A stretch of 64,000 nucleotides of DNA from NCBI GenBank assembly GCA_963664395.2, contig OY761159.2, forward strand, positions 4,416,001-4,480,000, given 5' to 3'. Numbering within the stretch: the first letter of the stretch is position 1; the number at the start of each line of letters is the position of its first letter. The stretch is from Candidatus Binatia bacterium (GTDB taxonomy: Bacteria > Desulfobacterota > Binatia > Bin18). This document shows, piece after piece, positions 30,528-40,077 of this stretch. The translations under genes and the position numbers were made by a program. The notes below the pieces were generated by a model that was not told the DNA's origin, did not search any database, and saw nothing but the letters and a program-made list of their open reading frames with translations.

Positions 30528-31829
30528 TTATCCCGCTAATAGCCACTGGACGGCAACGACCGCGCCGATGACCCCGGCCATGTCCGCGGTCAATCCGGCG
30601 ACTAAGGCATGTCTGATTCGGACCACGCCAACCGCACCAAAATACACAGCCAAGACATAAAAGGTCGTTTCCGTGCTGCCCTGGAGCGTGGAAACGAGAT
30701 AACCGACCAGGCTGTCCGGCCCTTCGGCCTGCATGATCTCAGCCATGATGGCGTAGGCTCCGGAACCGGATAACGGACGCAGGACGGCCATCGGCAATGC
30801 CTCGGCGGGGAATCCAATCAGACTGAGGAGAGGCTGCACCCCAACGATTATCACATCCAATAAACCCGAGGCGCGAAACATGCCGGCGGCAACAAGAATG
30901 GCGACAAGAAACGGAATGATCCTGATGGCAACCTGAAAGCCCTCTTTTGCACCTTCGATCATGGCATCATACACGGCCACCCCTTTGGCAATGCCGTAGC
31001 CCAGCATCACCACGATCAGCACCGGCAGCAGCCAGGCCGACACGGCGTTACGCAGCAGCGGACCAAGCGTCCGACCGTCGGTCAAGCCGGCTTGCAGGAA
31101 CAGCAGAAAGGCTATGCCAATCGCTCCGACAGAGAGGCTGGCAAGCATACAGCCTGACCGGGAGGTCGGTTGTTCAGTGCCCAGTGCTTCCTCATCCGGT
31201 AGGGCAAGCTCAGGTATTTTTTCTTTCTGCTCAGTGTCGCCGTCCCGCACCGTAAACGCTGGCAAGCCCTGCAACAGCTTAGCCGCGAGAATACCAACGC
31301 AGGTCGAGAATGAGGTAGCCAGCAGAGTGGGTAACCAGATACCCGCCGCGTTTTCTGACCCTATCGACGCTCTCAGCGCAATCACGCCAAGTGGAGCAAG
31401 GGCAACATTCGAGGTGTTGATGGCCAGGAATAAGACCATGGCGTTGGTCGCCGTACCTTTGTGGGGATTTAAGGTATCAAGCTCCTGCATGGCCTTGATC
31501 CCGAAGGGTGTGGCCGCATTACCCAGACCCAGCATATTGGAGGCCATATTCATGATCATGGCGCTCAGAGCGGGGTGATCGGCTGGAACGTCGGGAAACA
31601 AGCGCACCATGAGGGGATGCAGCCAGCGCGCCAGGGTGTGCAGAAAACCGCCGACTTGCACAATGCGCAGCATGCCCAGCCAAAAGGCCATCACCCCGAC
31701 CAGACCGATGGCCAGCGTTACCGCGGATTTGGCAGAATCTATTGAGGCCGCAGTAACCTCAGCCATCTTGCCGGTAAAGGCGGCGGTCACAACAGAGCCG
31801 ACAATCAGGCCAAACCAAATCCAGTTCAT
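30528..31829 (-). CDS. Fused SpmA/SpmB nucleoside-recognition (Gate) domain membrane protein
   Basis: NMLGLGNAATPFGIKAM, RPLSGSGA, GSTETTFYVLAVYFG. Confidence 0.9.
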   Translation of the reverse strand: MNWIWFGLIVGSVVTAAFTGKMAEVTAASIDSAKSAVTLAIGLVGVMAFWLGMLRIVQVGGFLHTLARWLHPLMVRLFPDVPADHPALSAMIMNMASNMLGLGNAATPFGIKAMQELDTLNPHKGTATNAMVLFLAINTSNVALAPLGVIALRASIGSENAAGIWLPTLLATSFSTCVGILAAKLLQGLPAFTVRDGDTEQKEKIPELALPDEEALGTEQPTSRSGCMLASLSVGAIGIAFLLFLQAGLTDGRTLGPLLRNAVSAWLLPVLIVVMLGYGIAKGVAVYDAMIEGAKEGFQVAIRIIPFLVAILVAAGMFRASGLLDVIIVGVQPLLSLIGFPAEALPMAVLRPLSGSGAYAIMAEIMQAEGPDSLVGYLVSTLQGSTETTFYVLAVYFGAVGVVRIRHALVAGLTADMAGVIGAVVAVQWLLAG

Positions 31830-31983
31830 AGCTGAGGGGGGAGCGGCTGCGGAGCGTTTGAAGCTATGCTACACACCGAAGAGTAAACGTGTCCAGCATC
31901 TACATGTCTATTGGAGGACACGTTTACTCTTTTGTTCGGGCGGAAATATAGCAGTCTCACGCACGAAGGAATATGACCTGACT

Positions 31984-32250
31984 ATGAAGCGGACGAGTTG
32001 GGTGGCGCTTGGAGTGATTCTCGCGGTAATGGTGATTGTCGTCTATTCGACATTCCAGATTGGCGGTGTCCGCTGTGAGGTCTGTATTACCTTCCACGGC
32101 CGTCAGGTCTGCCGTTCGGTGGACGGCACCACGGAGCATGAGGCCCAGATGGCAGCGATTACCAATGCCTGCGCCCTGCTCGCCTCGGGCGTCACCGACA
32201 CCATTGCCTGTCAGAACGCCCCCCGGGACCGCTTGACCTGTAGTCCGTAG
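31984..32250 (+). CDS. Small Cys-rich membrane-anchored hypothetical protein
   Basis: N-terminal TM followed by CEVC, C, NAC, C, C (six Cys). AAGGA upstream. Confidence 0.7.
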   Translation: MKRTSWVALGVILAVMVIVVYSTFQIGGVRCEVCITFHGRQVCRSVDGTTEHEAQMAAITNACALLASGVTDTIACQNAPRDRLTCSP

Positions 32251-32301
32251 GCAGCAGGCCACGGGCTGGAGTATACGCCCCTCCCCCTGCCGGGCCGGCT
32301 T

Positions 32302-33651
32302 TTATTCGACGTTCGCAATCACAAAATTCTGGCTGTTCTGTTGCCACTCCAACGTGACCGTCTCCCCAAGCATCGGAAAGTCCTCCACCACGCATTCCCC
32401 CACGGCCCCCCGCACGAACTCCTCGCCCAAGGTCGTTACCCGTACTGTCGCCCGACCCAGTTCGACGCCATCCACTACAGCCACGACGGTATGCACTCCG
32501 TCGTCCAGCAGGTTCCAGTTGAACAACAAGCCAAACCCATTGTCTGTGTCCCCACACGCCCCTTCAGTGTCTAGCCGCTCTGTCCCATACGCGGCTCCCT
32601 GCCGCACGACCTCCCCATTCTCTGTCTCGACCTCTATCTCCACACGACCCGCCTCACATACCCACCCCGAGATCACTCCAATCCCACTCTGAAACGAATC
32701 TGCCCCCGGATTCTCCAGATACCCCACCAAAGTTCCCGACCGGGCGGCGTTGTCTCCGGTCGGTGCCCTCTCGCCCGCAATCACGAATTTCTGATTGGCC
32801 TGCTGCCACACCAGTGTCACCGCCTCCCCCGGACTCGGGAAGTCCGCCACCTCACATTCCCCTGCTGCACCCCGCACGAACTCTGCCCCCAGCGTCGTCA
32901 CCGTGATGGTCGCCCGGCCCAATTCCACCCCATCCACAGCGGCCACCACGTCATGCTCCCCGTCCCCCAACAGATTCCAGTTGAACAGCAACCCAAAGCC
33001 GTTGTCCGTGTCCCCACACACCCCTTGGGTGTCCACCCGCTCCGTCCCATACGCCGCGTCCTGTGGGGTCCCGTTCAGCTCGATCTCGACCGCCTCGGCC
33101 TCGCACACCCAGCCCGACAACACCCCAATGCCGCTCTGAAACGAATCTGCCCCCGGATTCTCCAGATACCCCACCACCAGCGTCGTCTGTAACGTATACG
33201 CCCCGGTCTGGCGCCCATGGCCCGCCACCGCCACCACTACCGGTCCGGCCGCCACCCGCACGCTGAGCCGAAGGTTCTGGCCCGCCCCGCCGCTATCGGC
33301 CATCGCCAACTCTGCGCCGTCCTGCCACACCGTGCCCACGGTAGCGGTTGACCCGCTCGTCTCGACTATCAGCACCCCGGCCTGGGGGGCGGGGAAGGTG
33401 AAGTAATCCACGTCGCCGGCCGGGGCGATGGTGCCCGTGGTGGTGGAGGTCGGCGTAATGACGGTCGCGCCCGCAGGACTGTTGCTATGGACGTCACGGC
33501 TGCCGGTGCTGCCGCCGCCGACCCCACCACCGCCGCCGGAGCCCAGTGGGGTCGGGTCCGGGGGCGGCGGGTCGGGTGGCGGCGGCGGTGGCGGCGGGGC
33601 ATCGTTGTCGGTCACCGTCACTGACGCCGAATCGTCCGTCGAGGCCACCAT
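32302..33651 (-). CDS. C-terminal part of the large extracellular protein: Pro/Gly linker, PPC-like domain, tandem ~149-aa terminal domains
   Basis: GTIAPAGDVDYFTF (pre-peptidase-C-like) and two copies of YLENPGADSFQSGIG..SGWVCEA...FGLLFNWNLL. Continues the upstream ORF across a 7-nt deletion. Confidence 0.75.
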   Translation of the reverse strand: MVASTDDSASVTVTDNDAPPPPPPPPDPPPPDPTPLGSGGGGGVGGGSTGSRDVHSNSPAGATVITPTSTTTGTIAPAGDVDYFTFPAPQAGVLIVETSGSTATVGTVWQDGAELAMADSGGAGQNLRLSVRVAAGPVVVAVAGHGRQTGAYTLQTTLVVGYLENPGADSFQSGIGVLSGWVCEAEAVEIELNGTPQDAAYGTERVDTQGVCGDTDNGFGLLFNWNLLGDGEHDVVAAVDGVELGRATITVTTLGAEFVRGAAGECEVADFPSPGEAVTLVWQQANQKFVIAGERAPTGDNAARSGTLVGYLENPGADSFQSGIGVISGWVCEAGRVEIEVETENGEVVRQGAAYGTERLDTEGACGDTDNGFGLLFNWNLLDDGVHTVVAVVDGVELGRATVRVTTLGEEFVRGAVGECVVEDFPMLGETVTLEWQQNSQNFVIANVE

Positions 33652-34280
33652 ATACCCCGTGCCGGCCTCGACCGCACCACGCTGTTCGCCTCGGCCACGC
33701 TATCGTCCTCCGTCGCCACTACCAGTGGCACCGTGGCCGCGCCGGCGGTGAAGGCCACCGTCTGCGTCCCCTCGTTCGCTGCGGCTACCATGGCGCCGTT
33801 CTCGCTCACCCGCACCTCCACTGTCAGTGCCCTGGACGACACCGTGCGCCTCAGCGTGAACTCCGCATCCCTGCCCTCCGTCACCTCCGACCGGTTCTTC
33901 GACACCGACACCACCGGCGGGTCGGGTGGCGGCGGGGCATCGTTGTCGGTCACCGTCACTGACGCCGAATCGTCCGTCGAGGCCACCGTATACCCCGTGC
34001 CGGCCTCGACCTGCACACGCACCACGCTGTTCGCCTCGGCCACGCTATCGTCCTCCGTCGCCACGACCAGTGGCACCGTGGCCGCGCCGGCGGTGAAGGC
34101 CACCGTCTGCGTCCCCTCGTTCGCTGCGGCTACCATGGCGCCGTTCTCGCTCACCCGCACCTCCACTGTCAGTGCCCTGGACGACACCGTGCGCCTCAGC
34201 GTGAACTCCGCATCCCTGCCCTCCGTCACCTCCGACCGGTTCTTCGACACCGACACCGCCGGCGGGTCGGGTGGCGGCGG
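33591..34280. repeat. Near-identical 345-bp tandem duplication encoding Calx-beta-like domains
   Basis: The offset between copies is 345 bp on one side of about 33673 and 338 bp on the other, because TGCACAC is missing from one copy. Confidence 0.9.
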
Positions 34281-36494
34281 TACGTCCGGCTCAACGTCGC
34301 CGAAAACCCAGGGGCGAGCCTGTTTGATCGCCAGCACGTCGTCGGCGGTGATCTTGAACTCGATCTCCATCGCGAACGGCTCGCCGTCAGCAGGGCCGTA
34401 AAGCTCCTTGAACTTGTTGTGGATAGCACTGAGATGGCTCCGCAGCAGCGCCATCTGGTCGGTGGTCAAGAGCAGTTCCCCGGGCTCGACCTGATTGGAC
34501 GTGCGAATCATTACGTGCCTGCCGTGAGGTCGCAGCAGAATTTCCTCTGGTATCGAGAGGGCTTCGGGGTTGGTGACGAGGTCCTCGTCGATCTGACTGT
34601 TCACGTAATAATAATCTGTGTTGCCGGACACCACAGCGAAGCTGACCGCGACGCCGTTCACCTTCTCGTCCCGATAGCTGGGATGCACCAGCACACCCAT
34701 CGCTGTCGTGAGATGGTCGACGCGATGGAAGTCGCGCTCGGCAAAGGCGCGGAAGTTCCACAGGCTGGCGTACACCTCCTTGAGCGACTTCGCGAGATCC
34801 TCCTCATCCTCAGACGGCTTCTGAGACTTCGAGTCATACAGGCCCGCACCGTTGAAGCTGGGCAGGTCCTCGTTGTTGGTGCTGGACCGGTACCGCCGGT
34901 GGACGCCGTCCTCGAACGACTTGTTCATCTCCACCAGAGCATTGATGATCCACTGCGGCGTCTCGGCGTCCTCGATCTCCTTGCGAAGCGACTTCAGCTG
35001 AGACACCTGCGTATCGAAGTCCGACTGGAAATCCTCGTCGGCCAGCATATTGACGATGTCGTCGTAGAAACCGTTGTGCTTCATGAACTCGTCATAGAAA
35101 TAGAACGGGATCGCGAATCCGTCGGGAACAGTGCCTTCGGGCAACCTCAGACCACCGAGCACGGCCACATTCGCAGCCTTCACCCCGAAAGCATCCCAAT
35201 CATCGAAACCGATATCGCCCAACGCGGTGATTGACGTTACCAACAGATCCCGCTCGGGAGACTGCACTGCCCTAGGCCGCGACGATACATAATGCGCGTC
35301 CACCTCCGCCAGCGTCGCGGCCCGCATTTTCCACTCGCTGTCGGTCACTTCATAACGCACATACTTGCCGATGAGGTCGAGGATCGTCGGATGGGTCCGG
35401 GCATCGCGCACATATGCGTTGGGCACTCCGTCTTGCAACGCACGCAGATTCACATGCGACAACGGCGTCTGCGGCACCGTCGAGATGATTCCCGCCACCC
35501 GAGGCAACTCATTCGGCAACGACTCATACACGACCACATCACGAGGGCTCGGACGCTCCTCGGGATCCATTACCCGCAGAAGACCGAATCCCACAGTTTC
35601 ATTCAGCGCTATGAACTTCTTCTTGGTGCGAATGTCCTCATCGAACACAAGGTCGATCCGGGATTCCCTGAACAGCGGCAACTCATCCTGGTAATGCCAG
35701 AGTCTCTGGTTAGAAATGTGGAACGCGAGGTTGTTCTCGATGAACGACATGCTCGCAGCCAGCACCGAATGGGTGCGAGCCGCCGCCGCAAACGTGTAGT
35801 CGCTAGAATCATATGAAGTTAGGTTAAAATAGTAGGTTCCTTGCTTGTTTGCCGAGTCGCCACTGAAGATTTTCGAGCGCCAGAGGATGTTGCCGGTGAA
35901 TAGCCCTGGTTGATCACGCTCGACTTCGAGCGCTCTGAGGAGACTGTCGTGACCCAGATGGGTTTCATAGTCCAAGAAATAGACGCTCGGGCGGTCGGTG
36001 TCCATGTCCGCAAGGATGAACTTGAGATAATCGTTGCGGATAGCAATGGCTTCCCATGCGGCCCGGTTGGATAAAGCCACCATGCCGTCGCTGATGTCTA
36101 CGGCGGCGGGGTTGATCGGGTTCATGCTGCCGAGGTTGTCGAGTTCGGTGAGGTCGTCGATGCAATCGCCGTCGACGTCGGCCGGCTCGGCGCTGAGGTA
36201 CTTCTCCACGCGGTAGCGCTCGGCGGGCAGCGCTTCGATGTTCTCGGCCAGCGTGGTCGTGCCGGCTGTCCCCCGCTTGACCAGGACCGGCAGTTCCACC
36301 GTCGTGTCCGCATCCATTTCGTGGCTCACATAGAGCACGAAATAGTCCGCAGTCGTGGACGGGACCACGATGGGCACGTCCGTGACCGCCACCGCCGTCG
36401 GCACCCGGGCGGGGTTGTTGCCAGGACACGGCTCATCGTCTTGGGCAAAAGCAGGAACCACCAGGGCTACCCCGGCCGCCAGACTTGCCAGCAT
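33618..36494 (-). CDS. Secreted PEP/pyruvate-binding (PPDK-N ATP-grasp) domain protein with Calx-beta repeats
   Basis: Signal peptide ending AFA. GVKAAN, VPDGFAIP, RSSTNNED...GAGLYDS, YASLW, EIEFK, KQARP. Calx-beta-like VTEGRDAEFTLRR...VTVTDND. Start could be 36569 or 36602. Confidence 0.8.
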   Translation of the reverse strand: MLASLAAGVALVVPAFAQDDEPCPGNNPARVPTAVAVTDVPIVVPSTTADYFVLYVSHEMDADTTVELPVLVKRGTAGTTTLAENIEALPAERYRVEKYLSAEPADVDGDCIDDLTELDNLGSMNPINPAAVDISDGMVALSNRAAWEAIAIRNDYLKFILADMDTDRPSVYFLDYETHLGHDSLLRALEVERDQPGLFTGNILWRSKIFSGDSANKQGTYYFNLTSYDSSDYTFAAAARTHSVLAASMSFIENNLAFHISNQRLWHYQDELPLFRESRIDLVFDEDIRTKKKFIALNETVGFGLLRVMDPEERPSPRDVVVYESLPNELPRVAGIISTVPQTPLSHVNLRALQDGVPNAYVRDARTHPTILDLIGKYVRYEVTDSEWKMRAATLAEVDAHYVSSRPRAVQSPERDLLVTSITALGDIGFDDWDAFGVKAANVAVLGGLRLPEGTVPDGFAIPFYFYDEFMKHNGFYDDIVNMLADEDFQSDFDTQVSQLKSLRKEIEDAETPQWIINALVEMNKSFEDGVHRRYRSSTNNEDLPSFNGAGLYDSKSQKPSEDEEDLAKSLKEVYASLWNFRAFAERDFHRVDHLTTAMGVLVHPSYRDEKVNGVAVSFAVVSGNTDYYYVNSQIDEDLVTNPEALSIPEEILLRPHGRHVMIRTSNQVEPGELLLTTDQMALLRSHLSAIHNKFKELYGPADGEPFAMEIEFKITADDVLAIKQARPWVFGDVEPDVPPPPDPPAVSVSKNRSEVTEGRDAEFTLRRTVSSRALTVEVRVSENGAMVAAANEGTQTVAFTAGAATVPLVVATEDDSVAEANSVVRVQVEAGTGYTVASTDDSASVTVTDNDAPPPPDPPVVSVSKNRSEVTEGRDAEFTLRRTVSSRALTVEVRVSENGAMVAAANEGTQTVAFTAGAATVPLVVATEDDSVAEANSVVRSRPARGIWWPRRTIRRQ

Positions 36495-36801
36495 GCCCCT
36501 GACAAGCGAAGGAAAATGTGCTGGAAGGTTCGGTTCGCAAGTCCCGTGCCGGATGTGACGTGAGTCCATCGCCAATTTCTCCCCCCGCCAACGAGAATTC
36601 ATACCGCTAGCGCCTGTCGTAAAAACCGACCATACAGAATCCCGCCGCTCTTTTCCCCCCTAAAATTAGAGGAAAAATCCCGGCGCCGCGGCAGGACGGG
36701 GAGTGGATATGCCCCCGAAGCCCCGCGCGCGGGCGGAGGGAGTAGCCGTTTGTGTGGAAACCTTTTAGCATTGCAGCAGAGATGCAGCAGAAAGGACTGG
36801 T

Positions 36802-37203
36802 ATGTTCAAGCCCAAGAAAACAGCGGAGCAGATGGTTGAGGAGGCGAAGACCCGTATTGAGAATCTGTCCGTGGGACGGTTACAACAGGAACTGGAATCC
36901 GGCGAGACGCAACTGCTCGATATTCGAGACCTGCGTGAACGTCAGAAGCTGGGCTGGATTCCGAGCGCCATGCATGTGCCGCGCGGGATGCTGGAATTCT
37001 GGCTTGACCCAACCTCCCCGTATTGCAGCGGAAAGGTTGATCCCGAAAAACGGATTATCGTGTACTGTGCCGCAGGTGGCCGGTCCGCGCTGGCGGCTGA
37101 CGTGTTACAAGATATGGGGTTTCCCAATATTGCGCATCTGGAAGCCGGGTTTAACGGCTGGGCCGAGGCCGAGCTGCCCGGAGAAAAGCCGGACAAATCA
37201 TAA
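36802..37203 (+). CDS. Single-domain rhodanese (PspE-like sulfurtransferase)
   Basis: LLDIRD, GWIPSAMHVPRGMLEF, YCAAGGRS, LEAGFNGW. Confidence 0.9.
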   Translation: MFKPKKTAEQMVEEAKTRIENLSVGRLQQELESGETQLLDIRDLRERQKLGWIPSAMHVPRGMLEFWLDPTSPYCSGKVDPEKRIIVYCAAGGRSALAADVLQDMGFPNIAHLEAGFNGWAEAELPGEKPDKS

Positions 37204-37213
37204 TCTATTCCCC

Positions 37214-38242
37214 ATGCCCACTATCCTAGTCCTTTTGAGACGCTTCGCTCACCAGCTACGGAAAGAGCATCTGGATGTGGTCCTCTTGGTGCTGGTTGTC
37301 ATCTCCATCACCGGAATGGTGGGGATTTCGTTTTTTGAGCCGCAGTTGTCCATGGTGGACGCAGTGTGGTGGACGCTGGTGACCATTACCACGGTCGGCT
37401 ATGGCGACATCTATCCGACCTCGTTGGGCGGCCGGATCGTCGGCATCTTTCTGATGCTGTTCGGCATTGGGTTTCTCGGCATGCTGACGGCCACCCTGGC
37501 CAGCACCTTTGTTGAAAACCGGCGGCAGGAGGGAAAAGGGATGAAGTCAATCTCAAGCACCGGACATTTTGTCCTGTGCGGCTGGAATTATAAAACCAGG
37601 GAAATTATTGAAGAGATCAGGGCGGACGAAAAGGCCCGGACCCGTTCGATTGTGCTGATCGCCGATTTACCGGAGAACCCCTTGGACGGTGAACAGGTCC
37701 AATTTGTCAGCGGGGTCGTCAGCCCGGAAACCTTGGCCCGGGCTAATGCCCGAGAGGCAAAGGTAGCCATTGTGCTGGCGGATGAACAGGGTGAGGTCCA
37801 TACGCGGGATGCCAAGACGATTTTGGATACGCTCACCATCAAAACCACCTACCCGAGCCTGCATACCTGCGTCGAACTGCTTGACCAGCAAAATATTGCC
37901 CACGGCAAGCGGGCCAAGGCGGATGAAATTATTGTCACCGGTGCATTGAGCACCAACCTGCTTGTCCAGGCCGCCTTGAACCGTGGCGTGCCCCTGCTGG
38001 TCAACGAACTCGTCAGCAATCGCTTCGGGAGTGCCCTGTACACCATTCCGGTGCCGCACGCCTGCGTTGGCCATGCTTTTGTGGATGCACTGACTGAACT
38101 GAAGAGAGAACAGAATCTCCTTCTTGTAGCCGTCGAAAGCCGGGCACAGGCAAGGTTTCTTGCAAACCCACCCATCGACTATATAATCAGTGCAGAAGAC
38201 CAACTCATCGTTATTGGACAAGAGCGTCCCGACCAGGGATAA
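37214..38242 (+). CDS. 2-TM potassium channel with RCK (TrkA-N/C) domains
   Basis: Selectivity filter TTVGYGD, HFVLCGWN Rossmann start, C-terminal NPP. Confidence 0.92.
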   Translation: MPTILVLLRRFAHQLRKEHLDVVLLVLVVISITGMVGISFFEPQLSMVDAVWWTLVTITTVGYGDIYPTSLGGRIVGIFLMLFGIGFLGMLTATLASTFVENRRQEGKGMKSISSTGHFVLCGWNYKTREIIEEIRADEKARTRSIVLIADLPENPLDGEQVQFVSGVVSPETLARANAREAKVAIVLADEQGEVHTRDAKTILDTLTIKTTYPSLHTCVELLDQQNIAHGKRAKADEIIVTGALSTNLLVQAALNRGVPLLVNELVSNRFGSALYTIPVPHACVGHAFVDALTELKREQNLLLVAVESRAQARFLANPPIDYIISAEDQLIVIGQERPDQG

Positions 38243-38260
38243 GTGTGGAGGATACGACGT

Positions 38261-38659
38261 ATGCCGTTAGAGTATTTTGAGAAAGTAAAAGCACTGCTGC
38301 TTGATTTGGACTACGCGATTACGCACGAGGACGAAGACCAGGAGTTGTTTATCGTCAATGACGAAGACAGCGGCATCAACAACCTCATCGTTGACTGCGA
38401 GGACCCCCTGCTGGTGTTGGAGCAGGCCATTATGCCCGTTCCTCAAGATACCGGGGATTTATTCCGGCGACTATTGCAGATGAACCGGCTCCTGGTGCAT
38501 GGTGCCTTTGTGTTGGACGAGGATGCGCGGACCATCCTCTTTCGTAACACGCTACGCATCGAGAATCTGGACAGTAATGAACTGGAAGGTTCGATTGAAG
38601 CGCTGAGTTTGGCACTGGCGGAGAATGCGGGAGAATTACTCTCCTATAACAAGCACTAA
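38261..38659 (+). CDS. YbjN/CesT-like chaperone-fold protein
   Basis: LLQMNRLLVHGAFVLDE and FRNTLRIENLDSNEL. GGAGG RBS; directly upstream of pspA. Confidence 0.78.
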   Translation: MPLEYFEKVKALLLDLDYAITHEDEDQELFIVNDEDSGINNLIVDCEDPLLVLEQAIMPVPQDTGDLFRRLLQMNRLLVHGAFVLDEDARTILFRNTLRIENLDSNELEGSIEALSLALAENAGELLSYNKH

Positions 38660-38680
38660 TCAATCTGGAGGAAGATAACT

Positions 38681-39388
38681 ATGTCAGGTTTTTTTCAACG
38701 CCTATTCAAAATCGGACAATCCGAAGCCCACGCCGTTCTTGACAATATGGAAGACCCCATCCGCATGACCGAGCAGGGTATCCGTGATCTCAAGAACGAT
38801 CTCCAAGCCAGTATGACGAGTTTAGCCGAGGTCAAGAGCGTGGCTATTCGACTCAGAAAGGGCGCGGATGGCAGTAAATCCATGGCTGCCGAGTATGAAC
38901 GCAAGGCCATGCTGCTGCTGCAAAAGATGCAGAGTGGGGAGATGGACCAGGCCGAAGCCGAGCGTCTGGCGGCCGAGGCCCTGAAAAAGAAAGAAGAGGC
39001 CAGCCAGGGGGCTGCCCAGGCGCTGAAAGACTGGGAAAATCAGGACAGCATGGCCAACCAGCTTCAGGGCAAGATCGAGAAGCTGAAATCCATGACCACT
39101 AGATATGAGAACGATCTCATTACCTTAAAGGCCCGCGCACGTACCGCAGCCTCGACCAAGAAGATCAATCAGCAACTCGCCAAGGTCGATTCATCCAGCA
39201 CGATCTCCATGCTGGAGAAGATGCGCAACAAGGTTGAAGAAGACGAGTCATTAGCTCAGGCGTACGGCGAGGTCGCCGATATCGATAAAAGCGTTGATAA
39301 CGAGATTGATGCGGCCCTGAGCCAGAGCAATGCTACGGCGAATGATTCCCTGGCCGCGCTCAAGGCCAAGATGGGGATTTCGGCATAG
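38681..39388 (+). CDS. pspA: PspA/IM30 family protein (bacterial ESCRT-III-like)
   Basis: MSGFFQRL amphipathic helix, EDPIRMTEQ.IRDL, LKARARTA, terminal LAALKAKMG. Confidence 0.92.
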   Translation: MSGFFQRLFKIGQSEAHAVLDNMEDPIRMTEQGIRDLKNDLQASMTSLAEVKSVAIRLRKGADGSKSMAAEYERKAMLLLQKMQSGEMDQAEAERLAAEALKKKEEASQGAAQALKDWENQDSMANQLQGKIEKLKSMTTRYENDLITLKARARTAASTKKINQQLAKVDSSSTISMLEKMRNKVEEDESLAQAYGEVADIDKSVDNEIDAALSQSNATANDSLAALKAKMGISA

Positions 39389-39398
39389 CCCAACTCTA

Positions 39399-39437
39399 TC
39401 CCCTCCTCTCGGAGGGGTGGCCGCAGCCGGGGTGGGT
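39399..39437 (+). repeat. REP-like palindrome, family A (CCCCTC..GAGGGG-TGGC..GCCGGGGTGGGT)
   Basis: Same element recurs at 43357, 43408 and 55529. Confidence 0.75.
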
Positions 39438-39512
39438 TCCTCATTGGCACTACGCCCGAATTAGGACCAGCCCTTCGAGGAAGATACTTTTCGAGTGAGT
39501 AGAGGAGCCCCT

Positions 39513-40064
39513 ATGTCTCTGTGGCAAAAACTCTTTGGGAAAAAGGACGAGCAAGCGGCCCTCGATCCGCTCAGGGATTTAACCCTCTCGAACCTGAAAG
39601 TCGGCTATCTGGTCGATTATGACCTCAAGACCTGGGAGGTCAAAAGTCAGAGCAGCTATACCTTTGACGACACCGAGAGCCAAGAGTGGGAACTCGATGC
39701 CGGAGACGACTCGTGCTTCCTTGAACGCGAAGAGGACGATGCAGTCGAATGGAACATCTCACGCAAAATAGATTTTTCAGCCCTGGGTCAAGGCGTGCGA
39801 ACGCATGTCAGACAGCATGACGATCCGCCTGAGGAAATCGAATATCAAGGCATACGTTTTCGGTTAGCCGAAAGTGGCGCCGGCCATTATCACCCCAACG
39901 GGCGGGTTGCCGGCGATGATATGATCTATTGGGATTATACCGACGCCTCGGAAGACAACACCCTGACCATCGAACAGTGGGACGAAAACGAGTTTGAAGC
40001 CTCTGTGGGCAAATACGTCAACGAGTACGAGTTCTCCCATATTCTGCCACGAGAACAGTCGTGA
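39513..40064 (+). CDS. DUF4178 family protein
   Basis: LKVGYLVDYDLKTWEV, PPEEIEYQG, YWDY, LTIEQWDE.EFEAS.G. GAGGAG RBS; typical pspA neighbour. Confidence 0.75.
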   Translation: MSLWQKLFGKKDEQAALDPLRDLTLSNLKVGYLVDYDLKTWEVKSQSSYTFDDTESQEWELDAGDDSCFLEREEDDAVEWNISRKIDFSALGQGVRTHVRQHDDPPEEIEYQGIRFRLAESGAGHYHPNGRVAGDDMIYWDYTDASEDNTLTIEQWDENEFEASVGKYVNEYEFSHILPREQS

Positions 40065-40077
40065 AGCCTGCCCTACT

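Noticed and set aside
32302-34280. CRISPR array or DGR template/variable repeat pair
   Set aside because: The repeats are in-frame protein domain duplications (345 and 447 bp), with no spacers, cas genes or reverse transcriptase in the window.
36752-37213. N-terminal extension of the K+ channel ORF from 36752
   Set aside because: It overlaps the rhodanese gene in another frame; the channel plausibly starts at ATG 37214.
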